IMG/VR virus record: IMGVR_UViG_2595698877_000001
Coordinates: 4,381-68,380 of that record
DNA from: a virus
Lineage: Duplodnaviria; Heunggongvirae; Uroviricota; Caudoviricetes; Herelleviridae
DNA: 64,000 nt
Strand: one strand, 5' to 3'
Part shown: positions 17,458-26,440 of the stretch, piece by piece
Numbering within the stretch: position 1 is the stretch's first letter
Layout: each line of letters opens with the position of its first letter
Notes under the pieces: generated by a model
The model's input: only the letters and a program-made list of their open reading frames with translations
Told to the model about the DNA's origin: nothing
Databases searched by the model: none
Position numbers and translations under genes: made by a program

Positions 17458-17823
17458 TTAATTAGTAGTTTCTAGTTTTGCATCTATTAATGATAGAATA
17501 CCTTCGAAATCAGTGAATTGACTGAACCCGAATACAAATTCTAATCCGCCGTGACCGCCCGCATTCATTTCTTCCACCGTAACCGGACAACCATACTCTT
17601 TAGTTTTTCGAATCGCACGAGCCAATAAGATGAAGTCCGTTGTTTCTACAAAAGCCTCATTTAGCGAAGCGGAAGGGATAAAAACACTATGCTCTGCTTT
17701 CACCGCTCCTAATGTTTCTCGTTTACTATACCCAACAACTGCATCTCGTAAGTATTCAAGTAAGTTACGAGGTTTTTCGTTCTTTTTAATATCATCTGAT
17801 AAAATAATTTCTTTCGGTTCCAT
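17458..17823 (-). CDS. hypothetical protein
   Basis: 121 aa, SD AGGAGGT. Confidence 0.85.
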   Translation of the reverse strand: MEPKEIILSDDIKKNEKPRNLLEYLRDAVVGYSKRETLGAVKAEHSVFIPSASLNEAFVETTDFILLARAIRKTKEYGCPVTVEEMNAGGHGGLEFVFGFSQFTDFEGILSLIDAKLETTN

Positions 17824-17832
17824 GTTTACCTC

Positions 17833-18579
17833 CTACGCGTTGTTAACAACTAATTGGAATTTTGCATCTTCGGTTTTACCTTGTTTCTTTTCCTCTTGGT
17901 CATCTGGGAAGTTATTTTTGCACCATTCTGTGTACTTCTCTTTCTTAACAAACGCGATAATGAAAGCAATCTCTGAACCTTCTAATCCCGTGTTAATAGA
18001 TGATACACCTGTAGGCGGGTTACCTGTACCGTCATCCGTGATAACCATTACTTCTGCTCCTAAGTCAACTACATGACCTGCTCGTACATGTTCTGCAAAT
18101 AAATTACGTAACACTTTCATATTAGCTCCATAATCAATACCTTTACGGAATACCTCTTTATGTAATTCTGGGTCATCATGCCAGTTACTTACAATTTGCA
18201 TAAAGTGTGCCTCTCTTGTTTCATCTTGTGCCGGGAAATATGTAAATTGGTAATTATCAAATCGGTTCTTAGCTAATTGCGTAAGTAACGAAATGATTTC
18301 CGCGTAATCGGTAATAGATGCCTCTCTTGTTACTAAATCTGTTAAACTTAATTTATTTGTTGATGTTTTTACTTCTGTCATTTTATTATCTCTCCTTAAA
18401 TTATCTTTCATTTCATTTAAAACATTTATCGCACCTTTGATGGATGCGGTGTAATTATTATCTTCTCTATGTTCTCTTATCGACTTTTTAAACCCAAACA
18501 CGACAACCAGAGTATAGATGAACAATGCTACTATAATAGCTTTCACGAGTAGTATGTTGTATTCAACGGGCGGATACAA
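17833..18579 (-). CDS. hypothetical protein; likely main start at 18381 (182 aa) with an in-frame upstream TM-containing extension
   Basis: Strong SD AGGAGAG before MTEVKTS at 18381; upstream 66 codons open in frame and hydrophobic. Confidence 0.75.
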   Translation of the reverse strand: MYPPVEYNILLVKAIIVALFIYTLVVVFGFKKSIREHREDNNYTASIKGAINVLNEMKDNLRRDNKMTEVKTSTNKLSLTDLVTREASITDYAEIISLLTQLAKNRFDNYQFTYFPAQDETREAHFMQIVSNWHDDPELHKEVFRKGIDYGANMKVLRNLFAEHVRAGHVVDLGAEVMVITDDGTGNPPTGVSSINTGLEGSEIAFIIAFVKKEKYTEWCKNNFPDDQEEKKQGKTEDAKFQLVVNNA

Positions 18580-18580
18580 C

Positions 18581-18793
18581 TCAACTTGTCCCTTTGAACG
18601 GACTCGAAATTTTATCGTAAATCAACATAGCAACACCAATCGGAATGAAAACTACCAATAATACTACGGTGATACCTATTACGAATAAAGCAATCGTGAT
18701 TGCTAGTATCATGCATAACGTTGTAAATATAATCTCTACTATCCATGTTAACACTTGGTAGAGAAATAGAACTGCTAGGTCAAGTACGAACAT
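18581..18793 (-). CDS. very hydrophobic small membrane protein (holin candidate)
   Basis: 70 aa, about 50 contiguous hydrophobic residues. Confidence 0.7.
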   Translation of the reverse strand: MFVLDLAVLFLYQVLTWIVEIIFTTLCMILAITIALFVIGITVVLLVVFIPIGVAMLIYDKISSPFKGTS

Positions 18794-18865
18794 TTACTCA
18801 CCTCTATGTATTCTTCATTATTTTCACTTGTCATATTTAACCACCCTTACTTTTATTATAACACA

Positions 18866-19147
18866 TTACAGCGCTAGAGACAGTTGACCTTCATCTTCTT
18901 CTAATGTAATTGGCTCCTCTTCTACAATCTCCTCCTTCACAGGTTCTTCATGTAAAGTACCATCAGCGTTAATCCATTTCCCGCCAAGTTCATATGTACG
19001 TGTTGCGATAATTTCATAGTCTTGGAAAATGCCACGCTTGTCCATTTCTACTGGAATCTTACTCATCGCCTCCTTTACATCCTTACCAGCATTCGTAAAT
19101 AAATGCACTTTACCATTCTCTGTTTTTACATCAAATTGAAATAACAT
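18866..19147 (-). CDS. hypothetical protein
   Basis: 93 aa, coupled start. Confidence 0.8.
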   Translation of the reverse strand: MLFQFDVKTENGKVHLFTNAGKDVKEAMSKIPVEMDKRGIFQDYEIIATRTYELGGKWINADGTLHEEPVKEEIVEEEPITLEEDEGQLSLAL

Positions 19148-19323
19148 TATTTAACATCCTCCCTTAAGTCCTTGCCACAGTAAAGACAATATCTAAGCCC
19201 TTCTAGAACTGTTCTGTCGTATGAACCTTGAAGTGTGATTAATGTCCAGCTATCGATGAACTCTAGAGTTACTTCTGTATCTCCATTGTTCATGTTTTTT
19301 AGACCTTCACATGTATGTTCCAT
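19147..19323 (-). CDS. small zinc-binding protein (start corrected to 19323)
   Basis: SD AGAGGAGGAG; HTC...YCLYCG. Confidence 0.75.
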   Translation of the reverse strand: MEHTCEGLKNMNNGDTEVTLEFIDSWTLITLQGSYDRTVLEGLRYCLYCGKDLREDVK

Positions 19324-19346
19324 ATTATCTCCTCCTCTATGTACAC

Positions 19347-19376
19347 AGCATAACATGAGTATTTTCTAAAAGTCAA
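19347..19376 (-). promoter_or_regulatory. early sigma-A-type promoter
   Basis: TTGACT-18-TATGCT. Confidence 0.65.
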
Positions 19377-19390
19377 CAAGTTTTTTACAT

Positions 19391-19416
19391 AAAAAAAGAA
19401 GCCCCGAAGGACTTCC
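19391..19416 (-). terminator. intrinsic terminator after endolysin
   Basis: GAAGTCC-TTCG-GGGCTTC + U7. Confidence 0.9.
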
Positions 19417-19426
19417 TAATTATGTA

Positions 19427-20215
19427 CTATTTGAACGTACCCCAGTAGTTCTGACGTTTTCCGCCTTTAGATTCACCTGTAGCAAGATAGCCGTAACCAT
19501 CGCTACGTGGTTGACGAATCCAAACGTAACCATCATATTCGATACCGAAGCCATTGTAGTTAACTGTAGAACCAGCCGGAAGTGTAGCGATTACGTCTGC
19601 ACTTGTGAATGGTGCTGTACGTAATTTGATTGAAGTATTTGTTACGAAAGTACCAGTCTCTTTTGTAAACCAGCTAGAATCGTAACCTCCACCTGTAGAG
19701 CCACCGCCTGTACTTCCTCCGCCGGAACCGCCTGTGCTACCAGAGCCTCCACCGTTATCTACTGCACCGCCATTATCCGCAGGTGGTTTTTGTCCGCCTA
19801 CTACATCGTATAATTCAAAGTGAGGATAATCTTTAAATGAAACCCAATCTCCACCCCATTTGAAGCCTTGTGCTTTCATTGCTGCGATAACCTTACGGAA
19901 ATTACCTTCAACTGTCCAGATAACGTCAGAACCGTCTTGTGTGTACAAGCATAAGTCTACCGCTACTCCGTAGTTGTGGTTCGATTGTCCACCTCGTGCA
20001 TTTGTTACGATGCTACCCGGTTTAGTACGACCTTGTGCGTATAAAGCATCCTGTTCAGCAAACGAACGGAAACCTTGCGCTACGCAGATATAAATACCTT
20101 GTGCATGCATTTGTGTGATGACTGCACGGGTACGGTCTGCTACGTCTTTACGCATCCCAGAAACGTTCAACTTACGGTTCGCCTTGTCGATTAAAGTTTG
20201 TAATGCCATTGCCAT
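19427..20215 (-). CDS. lysB4: endolysin, L-alanoyl-D-glutamate peptidase (M15/VanY-like) + Gly-rich linker + SH3_5 cell-wall binding domain
   Basis: 262 aa; R...EQ..LYAQGRT, SNHNYG.AVD, WGGDW...D.PHFE; recalled as near-identical to LysB4 of B. cereus phage B4. Confidence 0.93.
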   Translation of the reverse strand: MAMALQTLIDKANRKLNVSGMRKDVADRTRAVITQMHAQGIYICVAQGFRSFAEQDALYAQGRTKPGSIVTNARGGQSNHNYGVAVDLCLYTQDGSDVIWTVEGNFRKVIAAMKAQGFKWGGDWVSFKDYPHFELYDVVGGQKPPADNGGAVDNGGGSGSTGGSGGGSTGGGSTGGGYDSSWFTKETGTFVTNTSIKLRTAPFTSADVIATLPAGSTVNYNGFGIEYDGYVWIRQPRSDGYGYLATGESKGGKRQNYWGTFK

Positions 20216-20299
20216 TCTACTTCCACTCCTTCATTTTTTCTATTACTCTACTAATATAAGAGAGAGGGCTAATTACTCCCTATCTCTATTATACCATAC

Positions 20300-20785
20300 T
20301 TAGACTACCGCAGCTCCCGTCGCGTCCACCCATCCGTTGTTATCTTTATTACGCCAGATAGGTTTATTCAACGTAGTATCAAAGAATGGTTGTCCTATAT
20401 AGGTTCCTGTTGTTGGTCTTGTAGCTCCTGATGTGATTAACTGCACACTAACTTTTCCAGCAGCATCCGGGTTAGAACCATTTACTGATTGTACAAAGCC
20501 AGTTACAGCGCCATTCCCATCTGGAGTCTTACCGTTGACCGTTTTCACAAGCCCAGTTAGAGCTACGTTCCCATCTGTACCCGGTTTAGTACCATTAACG
20601 CTTTTCACCATACCTTTGATATCATCTTTCGTTGCGAAATCTCCTGTAGGTGCACCATCCACTTGAACGTTACCATTCTCATCTGGAGCCTTTCCATTGA
20701 CTGTCTTGACCGTCTTTTCTAAATCACTTGCCATTTCCCGGATTATCTTTTCCGGAGTTCCATCATACATAGAATCTCTAAGCAT
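20300..20785 (-). CDS. putative virion fibre/decoration protein with four VxxVNG..P...G.V repeats
   Basis: Repeats visible in translation; C-terminal RPT...GQPFFDTTLNKPIW...WVDATG module. Confidence 0.65.
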   Translation of the reverse strand: MLRDSMYDGTPEKIIREMASDLEKTVKTVNGKAPDENGNVQVDGAPTGDFATKDDIKGMVKSVNGTKPGTDGNVALTGLVKTVNGKTPDGNGAVTGFVQSVNGSNPDAAGKVSVQLITSGATRPTTGTYIGQPFFDTTLNKPIWRNKDNNGWVDATGAAVV

Positions 20786-20840
20786 TCTTTAATCCCTTCC
20801 TTTCTATTCAACTAGTACTAATATAATAAAAGCTAAAGGA

Positions 20841-22637
20841 TTAATACCCTTTAGCAAATATATCTGTGTGTTGCGGACGCATAATGTCTACAGTTGTGTA
20901 AGCAAAAGCGTTTTCTTGCTCTTTCGTTATGTACGGTTCCAATACGTGTTCCATACCAACCATAGAGTATACAGAAGACTGAGCAAAGTGGTCGTCACCT
21001 TTGTCCATAATAATCTGATAGATTGCTTTTGTTTTTTCGTCTTCTTCATCTCGAATTACCACGTTTTTCCAATGTTCAAGGTATAAAGCTAATTCTCTAT
21101 CCATTGTGTTGTAGAATCCTAATCTACCCATCTTCATATCAGAGATATGCTTTTTATTTTGTGTTAACTTATCGACTGTAACCATGCTTCGTTGTTCTGA
21201 CCAAATCGGAACAATCTGTCCAGTAGAACGAGGGTTTGGGTTAACTTTAACACCATAAGCTACGCCAGCACCGAAATGTTGGATTAACTTATCCACGTAG
21301 TTACCAGAGTCACCGATATCGGCGCAGATAATATCCGGTTGATACGGGATTAATTCTAAGATTATTTGTTCTAAGTCCGCCTCGATGTTCGCTACACCTC
21401 TAGCTCGTTCAACAGAGAACATACGGATTAAATCGATACGTCCATCATCCTTAAACCCACGAATTGTAACCCAATGACGGTTACCCCAGTCAATACCTAC
21501 AGAAATGAAACGATAGTCGCCTCTATCCATAAGTGGAGCCGATAAATACTCACGCATGTTGTTTGTGATATCTCTATCCTGTACGGCTAATGCAACGTCT
21601 TGGTACGGGTACCCTAAAACGTAGTTGTAGAAATGCTGTTTAGATTTCGCTTCCAGTTCCTTACGTTTTAATGCATCTGCGCTAAACCATACTGCATTTA
21701 ACTGTGTGATTAAGTATCCGCGAGTACCTTGATTATTCAAAGTGCGGTCTGGGAACTCTGCTACCCACTCACCGTTGTACCATCTATCTAATGTCTTACC
21801 ACATTTCTGACAAATGAATCGGTATGTACCATCTCGTACTGTTTGTGCAAGAACGTCTACACCACTCTCATCAATACACTCAATATTTTTCTCGTAATCT
21901 AGCTGCTGTCTCATTCCACAATGTTCACATTTATGCATGTACACTCGTTTATCAGAGCGGTCATACAAATCGTGAATACCGAAGTTAGGTACAGTAGGTG
22001 TTGACCAACGACGTAAAATACCATACTTAGATGAAGACATAGACTCCATCGCAGAGATTTCTGCACTAGCATTTACACGGTCATACTCATCCAGAGATAA
22101 ATAGTCGATATCGACACCCTCTACCGCAGCTCCCTTACTAGAAGAACGAAACAGCATGAAACTATTTCTAATCTTTTTCTTCTCCAACGAGTCAATCTTA
22201 GGGTCAGAGATAGTAGAGTAATATCCTTTCTCAAGTAGTGGGTTAATACGAGTCGATACGAAGTCCTTCATTTGTCGGTTCGTAGGGAACGTGTAGAGGC
22301 ATTTTACCCCGGAGTAGGAGTGTAGGTCTGCAAACCACAACATCTCGCCTACACCGACCTCTGAAAGCCCTAACTGACGTGATTTAATTACAGCCTTGTT
22401 AGGATGCGTATCATTGATAATTTCTGTTTGCCACGGTCTGTGCGCTTGCGCTCGTAATGAGTCTTTACCGCTAACGTGGAAGGTAATAGGATGACCCTTT
22501 ACCGTATGATTCTTTAATAAGTAGGACGAACAGTTTAACATTGTCAGTACATAGGCTAGTTCGTCTTTTGTTAACTCCGTCCTACCGAACGTTTGTTTAG
22601 CTACGTTTTGTATCATTTCTCCTGTTAGATTATTCAT
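20841..22637 (-). CDS. terL: terminase large subunit (uninterrupted)
   Basis: KSRQLGLSE Walker A, LSLDEYD Walker B, STPT coupling motif, CEHC/CQKC, VGIDWG and DDHFAQS nuclease motifs. Confidence 0.96.
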   Translation of the reverse strand: MNNLTGEMIQNVAKQTFGRTELTKDELAYVLTMLNCSSYLLKNHTVKGHPITFHVSGKDSLRAQAHRPWQTEIINDTHPNKAVIKSRQLGLSEVGVGEMLWFADLHSYSGVKCLYTFPTNRQMKDFVSTRINPLLEKGYYSTISDPKIDSLEKKKIRNSFMLFRSSSKGAAVEGVDIDYLSLDEYDRVNASAEISAMESMSSSKYGILRRWSTPTVPNFGIHDLYDRSDKRVYMHKCEHCGMRQQLDYEKNIECIDESGVDVLAQTVRDGTYRFICQKCGKTLDRWYNGEWVAEFPDRTLNNQGTRGYLITQLNAVWFSADALKRKELEAKSKQHFYNYVLGYPYQDVALAVQDRDITNNMREYLSAPLMDRGDYRFISVGIDWGNRHWVTIRGFKDDGRIDLIRMFSVERARGVANIEADLEQIILELIPYQPDIICADIGDSGNYVDKLIQHFGAGVAYGVKVNPNPRSTGQIVPIWSEQRSMVTVDKLTQNKKHISDMKMGRLGFYNTMDRELALYLEHWKNVVIRDEEDEKTKAIYQIIMDKGDDHFAQSSVYSMVGMEHVLEPYITKEQENAFAYTTVDIMRPQHTDIFAKGY

Positions 22638-23056
22638 TAGAATGTTCCCTCATTTTCTGCGTTCTGAGCTATGTCCATATTTCTGATTAGGTCTGCTACA
22701 TCGTTCATATCCATTGAAGATACATCGATTTTACCTTCTTCATCAGAGGTCATTTTACCCTCACGAACCATATCGTCAACAACTTTCTCTTGACGCATGT
22801 TAATTTCTGGTAACATTCCAGAACCTTGCTGACCATTCATCATTTCATCGATACCGTACAGTTCTTTATAAGCCCCGAATACACGAATTGCATCCGCGAT
22901 ATTGTCAATAGGAATCTCACCCATTTGTAACTTAGTAATAAACTGAGACATCGCTGCGGAAAAGCCCTCACCTAACTTATTACGTAATTCTTCTTGAGCA
23001 TCGAAAACGCTATTCTTTTTCTGGATGCCCTTCTTTATATTGTCTGCCATTGACAT
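22637..23056 (-). CDS. probable terminase small subunit
   Basis: 139-aa helical protein directly upstream of terL; position conserved in Herelleviridae. Confidence 0.55.
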   Translation of the reverse strand: MSMADNIKKGIQKKNSVFDAQEELRNKLGEGFSAAMSQFITKLQMGEIPIDNIADAIRVFGAYKELYGIDEMMNGQQGSGMLPEINMRQEKVVDDMVREGKMTSDEEGKIDVSSMDMNDVADLIRNMDIAQNAENEGTF

Positions 23057-23330
23057 CTTGCAGTTCCCCTTTCTGTTTTAGTACACGATAACAAGAGTTA
23101 ACATCCTTACAGATGTGGATATGTACGATATCACTTAACTCGAATCGTATCTGGTTTTGTGTTGTTATGTATTTTTGCGTTTGCCTCGAAAGAGCCGATA
23201 GGGGTCTTCCGCATATGGAACATAATCTTGGTGTGAAGACCCGTCTATCTCCTTTCTTAAATTCCCTATAATTTTCTGAATTTTGAAATAATTTACGTCG
23301 CTTTTCGACTACCTCTCGTTTCGTTATCAT
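23010..23330 (-). CDS. conserved zinc-binding hypothetical protein of the terminase operon
   Basis: CSICG...HICKDVNSC. Confidence 0.75.
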   Translation of the reverse strand: MITKREVVEKRRKLFQNSENYREFKKGDRRVFTPRLCSICGRPLSALSRQTQKYITTQNQIRFELSDIVHIHICKDVNSCYRVLKQKGELQDVNGRQYKEGHPEKE

Positions 23331-23854
23331 TCATCGTCTAGCTCCTCATCGAAGCGCTGGTCTACTTTCTCCAGCAAGTCTTCGTAAGCGTACAGTCTGT
23401 CATCTAAAAATACATCGGAATCGTCAATATCTTCGTAAACAGCAGCAGAATAAAGGAAAGGGAGTTCTAGGATTAGCTCGTCCAAAACAACATCGATAAC
23501 ATCAGATGAAAATACAATTCCATAGCTTATGAATTGGTGCATCAGGTGACCTTCATATTTCTCTCTTAATTTATCTACAATCTCATGTTCAGTATCTCCA
23601 ACTGTATCTCTGTAGTCCTTTTGGAAATCCGCATATTCGTAAGCCATATGTGTTAGAGTTAATGTCACTACAGTTTCCACATCTTGTAAAATGCTAGATA
23701 GGAATGTAGGGTCTACTTTAACTCCTGTTTCTGTTCTGTATGCTGGTGCTACAATCTGAGCTTCGTTTTCAAAAATAAGCATGACTGTCGTTCTAGCGTA
23801 TTCCTGTGCAGAGCCTAAAAAATTCTCCATCTCTCTTTCCGTCATTTCAAACAT
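23327..23854 (-). CDS. acidic hypothetical protein
   Basis: 175 aa, operon context. Confidence 0.8.
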   Translation of the reverse strand: MFEMTEREMENFLGSAQEYARTTVMLIFENEAQIVAPAYRTETGVKVDPTFLSSILQDVETVVTLTLTHMAYEYADFQKDYRDTVGDTEHEIVDKLREKYEGHLMHQFISYGIVFSSDVIDVVLDELILELPFLYSAAVYEDIDDSDVFLDDRLYAYEDLLEKVDQRFDEELDDE

Positions 23855-23856
23855 AG

Positions 23857-24153
23857 CTATTTACCGCCTTTCTTCTCCGTATGTGTATTAGTTAAAATCG
23901 TATCATATCTTCGCATTGCATGATTTAATGTGCATCGTAACTCTCGTTGCACTTTCGCAGTCTGTCGTGATTGAATATGTTCATAGATTCCTAACGCGAC
24001 AAATGCAAGGATAGACCCTGTAATAAAGTATGACAGTGTTGTACGCTCTACTTGGATACCTCCCAGACTTAAAAGTGATGCGATACCAAACCCTACCATT
24101 TGTACTAAAACAACTAGTAAGACTTTAGTGATTAAACTTTTTTCTACTTTCAC
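23857..24153 (-). CDS. membrane protein (2 TM; holin candidate)
   Basis: 98 aa, two TM helices and a basic C-terminus. Confidence 0.75.
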   Translation of the reverse strand: MKVEKSLITKVLLVVLVQMVGFGIASLLSLGGIQVERTTLSYFITGSILAFVALGIYEHIQSRQTAKVQRELRCTLNHAMRRYDTILTNTHTEKKGGK

Positions 24154-24180
24154 GGGCTACTCTACCTCCACTTGAGAAAT

Positions 24181-24250
24181 TTTTTGGTACTACCCTAATA
24201 TAGTAGTTATCCAAAAAATATCAGTACGAAGTACTATATTAGTACTGATA
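24181..24250. promoter_or_regulatory. back-to-back divergent late promoters, each in an inverted repeat
   Basis: TATATTA at 24196-24202 (-) and 24235-24241 (+); resembles the TGTTATATTA late motif of Twort-like phages. Confidence 0.7.
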
Positions 24251-24275
24251 AATCTCTAGGAAGAGGGTAATTACA

Positions 24276-24587
24276 ATGGTGTATTTCGTGCTGTCTATTG
24301 CCTTTACCCTAATCTTCTACCTCGTAGCGTCTTATATGTCGTACATTACTGCTTCCATTCTTCATCGAGGTATTATTTTTCGCTTAATTATTCCGACTGT
24401 AAAGGCTGTCATGTTTATTACAATTGTCTATACCTCTATTATAGCAGATATCGTACTGTTCAGCGGTGGCAAGTACGAGACGATAGCATTCAAAAACGGT
24501 GTCATGTCTACAGTTGTAGTTACGTCGTTAACAACGAATAAGGAGAAAGGGGGAGGAAAAAATGATTCCCGCAGGAAATCCAAGTAA
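24276..24587 (+). CDS. membrane protein (2-3 TM; holin candidate)
   Basis: 103 aa hydrophobic, charged C-terminal tail. Confidence 0.75.
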   Translation: MVYFVLSIAFTLIFYLVASYMSYITASILHRGIIFRLIIPTVKAVMFITIVYTSIIADIVLFSGGKYETIAFKNGVMSTVVVTSLTTNKEKGGGKNDSRRKSK

Positions 24588-24924
24588 TATGGATGTAAAG
24601 AACGAACTATGTGAGCTTATTGATACTATGGTGAATGGTCATCGTACAAGTTTCCATATGTATACAATTCATCGTTTGTTATCTTTAAGCTTGTTAAATA
24701 GCTATGAATTTAAATATCTAGAAACTCCAGAAAGTGATTGGATTCGAGTACAGATAACTTTCGATAAGGAGAAATCTGTTACAATAGGAATTAATACGTG
24801 TTCTCAATATGGTCAGATAGAGGACGAGGAAAGTCTTGATATATTGAAGGAGATTTCTAAACAGAAAGTACATACGGAAGGGAAGGGCGCAGTTAGTAAA
24901 AGTTTTTTAGCATTCAGTAGATAA
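24562..24924 (+). CDS. conserved hypothetical protein
   Basis: 120 aa, SD GGGGAGG. Confidence 0.8.
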   Translation: MIPAGNPSNMDVKNELCELIDTMVNGHRTSFHMYTIHRLLSLSLLNSYEFKYLETPESDWIRVQITFDKEKSVTIGINTCSQYGQIEDEESLDILKEISKQKVHTEGKGAVSKSFLAFSR

Positions 24925-24939
24925 AATAAGAAAGGTGGA

Positions 24940-25266
24940 TTGGTCATGGCTAATCAACAACAATTCGAGTACAGACTAAAAGAAATCGAAAACGTACTGA
25001 AAGAACATGCGGAAGAATCCGAAGACATCAGAAAGGTGTTAGAGGAAATTCAAGACATCGTTCGAGACATCGACAAAAACGCAGCAATCAACGAAGAAAA
25101 ACAATCCCACCTATTCTACCGAATTGACCTCCTACAGCAAAAATTAACAACTTTAGAAACAAGAGGCGAGAAGGGTACGGATAAACAACGTGCGTTGGTT
25201 GAGAATGCCCTTATGGTTGTATTAGGTGGTATCATCAGTTACATTTTCAGTTTATCTCAAAAATAA
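24940..25266 (+). CDS. coiled-coil protein with C-terminal TM helix (XhlA-like architecture)
   Basis: Heptads followed by ALMVVLGGIISYIFSL. Confidence 0.7.
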   Translation: MVMANQQQFEYRLKEIENVLKEHAEESEDIRKVLEEIQDIVRDIDKNAAINEEKQSHLFYRIDLLQQKLTTLETRGEKGTDKQRALVENALMVVLGGIISYIFSLSQK

Positions 25267-25275
25267 GAAAGGAAG

Positions 25276-25515
25276 TTGAACATGGCAATAAAAAAAGATG
25301 TAGAAGTAACTTTAATGAACGGAGTAATCGCATACATTCCTGAGGATGCTTTTGTTACCGCAGGAATCGCAGATACTCCGGAAGCGGTAATTGGTAACGC
25401 AGTTCGCGGTAGTCGTTCGCCAGTATTCCACGTTAACACAAAAGCAGATATGACAGGAGAGTGGTTGTACGTAATTGCACAGAATATCCTAAGTTTCAAG
25501 GTGACGCATAAATAA
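25276..25515 (+). CDS. hypothetical protein
   Basis: 79 aa, SD AAAGGAAG. Confidence 0.75.
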   Translation: MNMAIKKDVEVTLMNGVIAYIPEDAFVTAGIADTPEAVIGNAVRGSRSPVFHVNTKADMTGEWLYVIAQNILSFKVTHK

Positions 25516-25532
25516 AATAAAATAGGGAATAG
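25513..25532 (-). repeat. inverted copy of 20-bp CTATTCCCTATTTTATTTTA motif
   Basis: Exact reverse complement of 26886-26905. Confidence 0.85.
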
Positions 25533-25533
25533 T

Positions 25534-25572
25534 AAAAAGACCTAATAGTTTTCAGAAAATTAGGTCTTTTTT
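25534..25572. terminator. bidirectional intrinsic terminator
   Basis: AAAAAGACCTAAT-loop-ATTAGGTCTTTTT. Confidence 0.8.
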
Positions 25573-25613
25573 TGTTATATTATCACTATAACAGATAGAG
25601 AAAGAGTGATAGT

Positions 25614-26036
25614 ATGAAAAAAGTAATAAGCGAGAAATACGGATTCGAGTACCCAATATGCCCTCAATGTAATGAACGTAGTCGTAAATTCAACTACTTT
25701 AGCAAGAAGGATGGAAGACCTTTATTTAAAAAGCTATGCGGAACATGCAGCGGTAGTCGCGAGAAAGAACGAGCATACGCTAAACTTCAAAGAGAAAAAG
25801 GTGTAGTGAAGTACTCGTCTAAATACGGGGATGTAGGAAAGCGAAGGATTACAGAACTAACTTGTGATACGTGCGGTTTTAAAGCAGAGCATCGATGCCA
25901 ACTTGACGTAGACCATATTGACGGTAATCACGATAACAACGAACAGTCTAACCTACAGGTCTTATGCTCTAATTGCCATCGGTTAAAAACGTGGAAAAAT
26001 AAAGATAACCGATATCTTTATTCTAGCAGAAGTTAG
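25614..26036 (+). CDS. free-standing HNH endonuclease
   Basis: CPQC/CGTC zinc knuckle; CDTCG...LDVDHIDGN..NN..SNLQVLC.NCH; own late promoter TGTTATATTA at 25573-25582. Confidence 0.92.
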   Translation: MKKVISEKYGFEYPICPQCNERSRKFNYFSKKDGRPLFKKLCGTCSGSREKERAYAKLQREKGVVKYSSKYGDVGKRRITELTCDTCGFKAEHRCQLDVDHIDGNHDNNEQSNLQVLCSNCHRLKTWKNKDNRYLYSSRS

Positions 26037-26047
26037 ATATCGGTCTT

Positions 26048-26440
26048 TTAATGTACGCAGCCAGTTTCTAGTTCTAGTAAACAGCCTTGTACATAATTCA
26101 TAATATGCATCCCTAGTAGTCTTTGGAAATCTAACCCGTTGATGTGTTCGTAGTAGTCCATCTTTTGTCTTATAATGTATTTAATCATGTAGATTAGCGA
26201 ATCATTTATAGGTTTACCCATGCACTCGTCAAGTGCTTCTTTTAGCTCGGTTTCCGATACAAATCTAATTATAAAGTCATTGATTGCTTTTGTAACCATG
26301 TCTCTATTTTCCCTATTTTCTACAATAGCCAGTACTGAGAAATCAAATATTCCTATCGTGAGTCTATTTTGTGTATCCTTTCTAACAGAAATTTCTACTC
26401 CATTCCGTATTATATAATCTACATCACTAGTTAAAAACAA
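26048..26440 (-). CDS. hypothetical protein
   Basis: 130 aa, coupled to the XRE gene. Confidence 0.75.
   Translation of the reverse strand: MFLTSDVDYIIRNGVEISVRKDTQNRLTIGIFDFSVLAIVENRENRDMVTKAINDFIIRFVSETELKEALDECMGKPINDSLIYMIKYIIRQKMDYYEHINGLDFQRLLGMHIMNYVQGCLLELETGCVH

Noticed and set aside
20841-22637. Group I intron in terL or thyA (13011-13895), as in some related phages
   Set aside because: Both frames are continuous with normal length and all motifs present.
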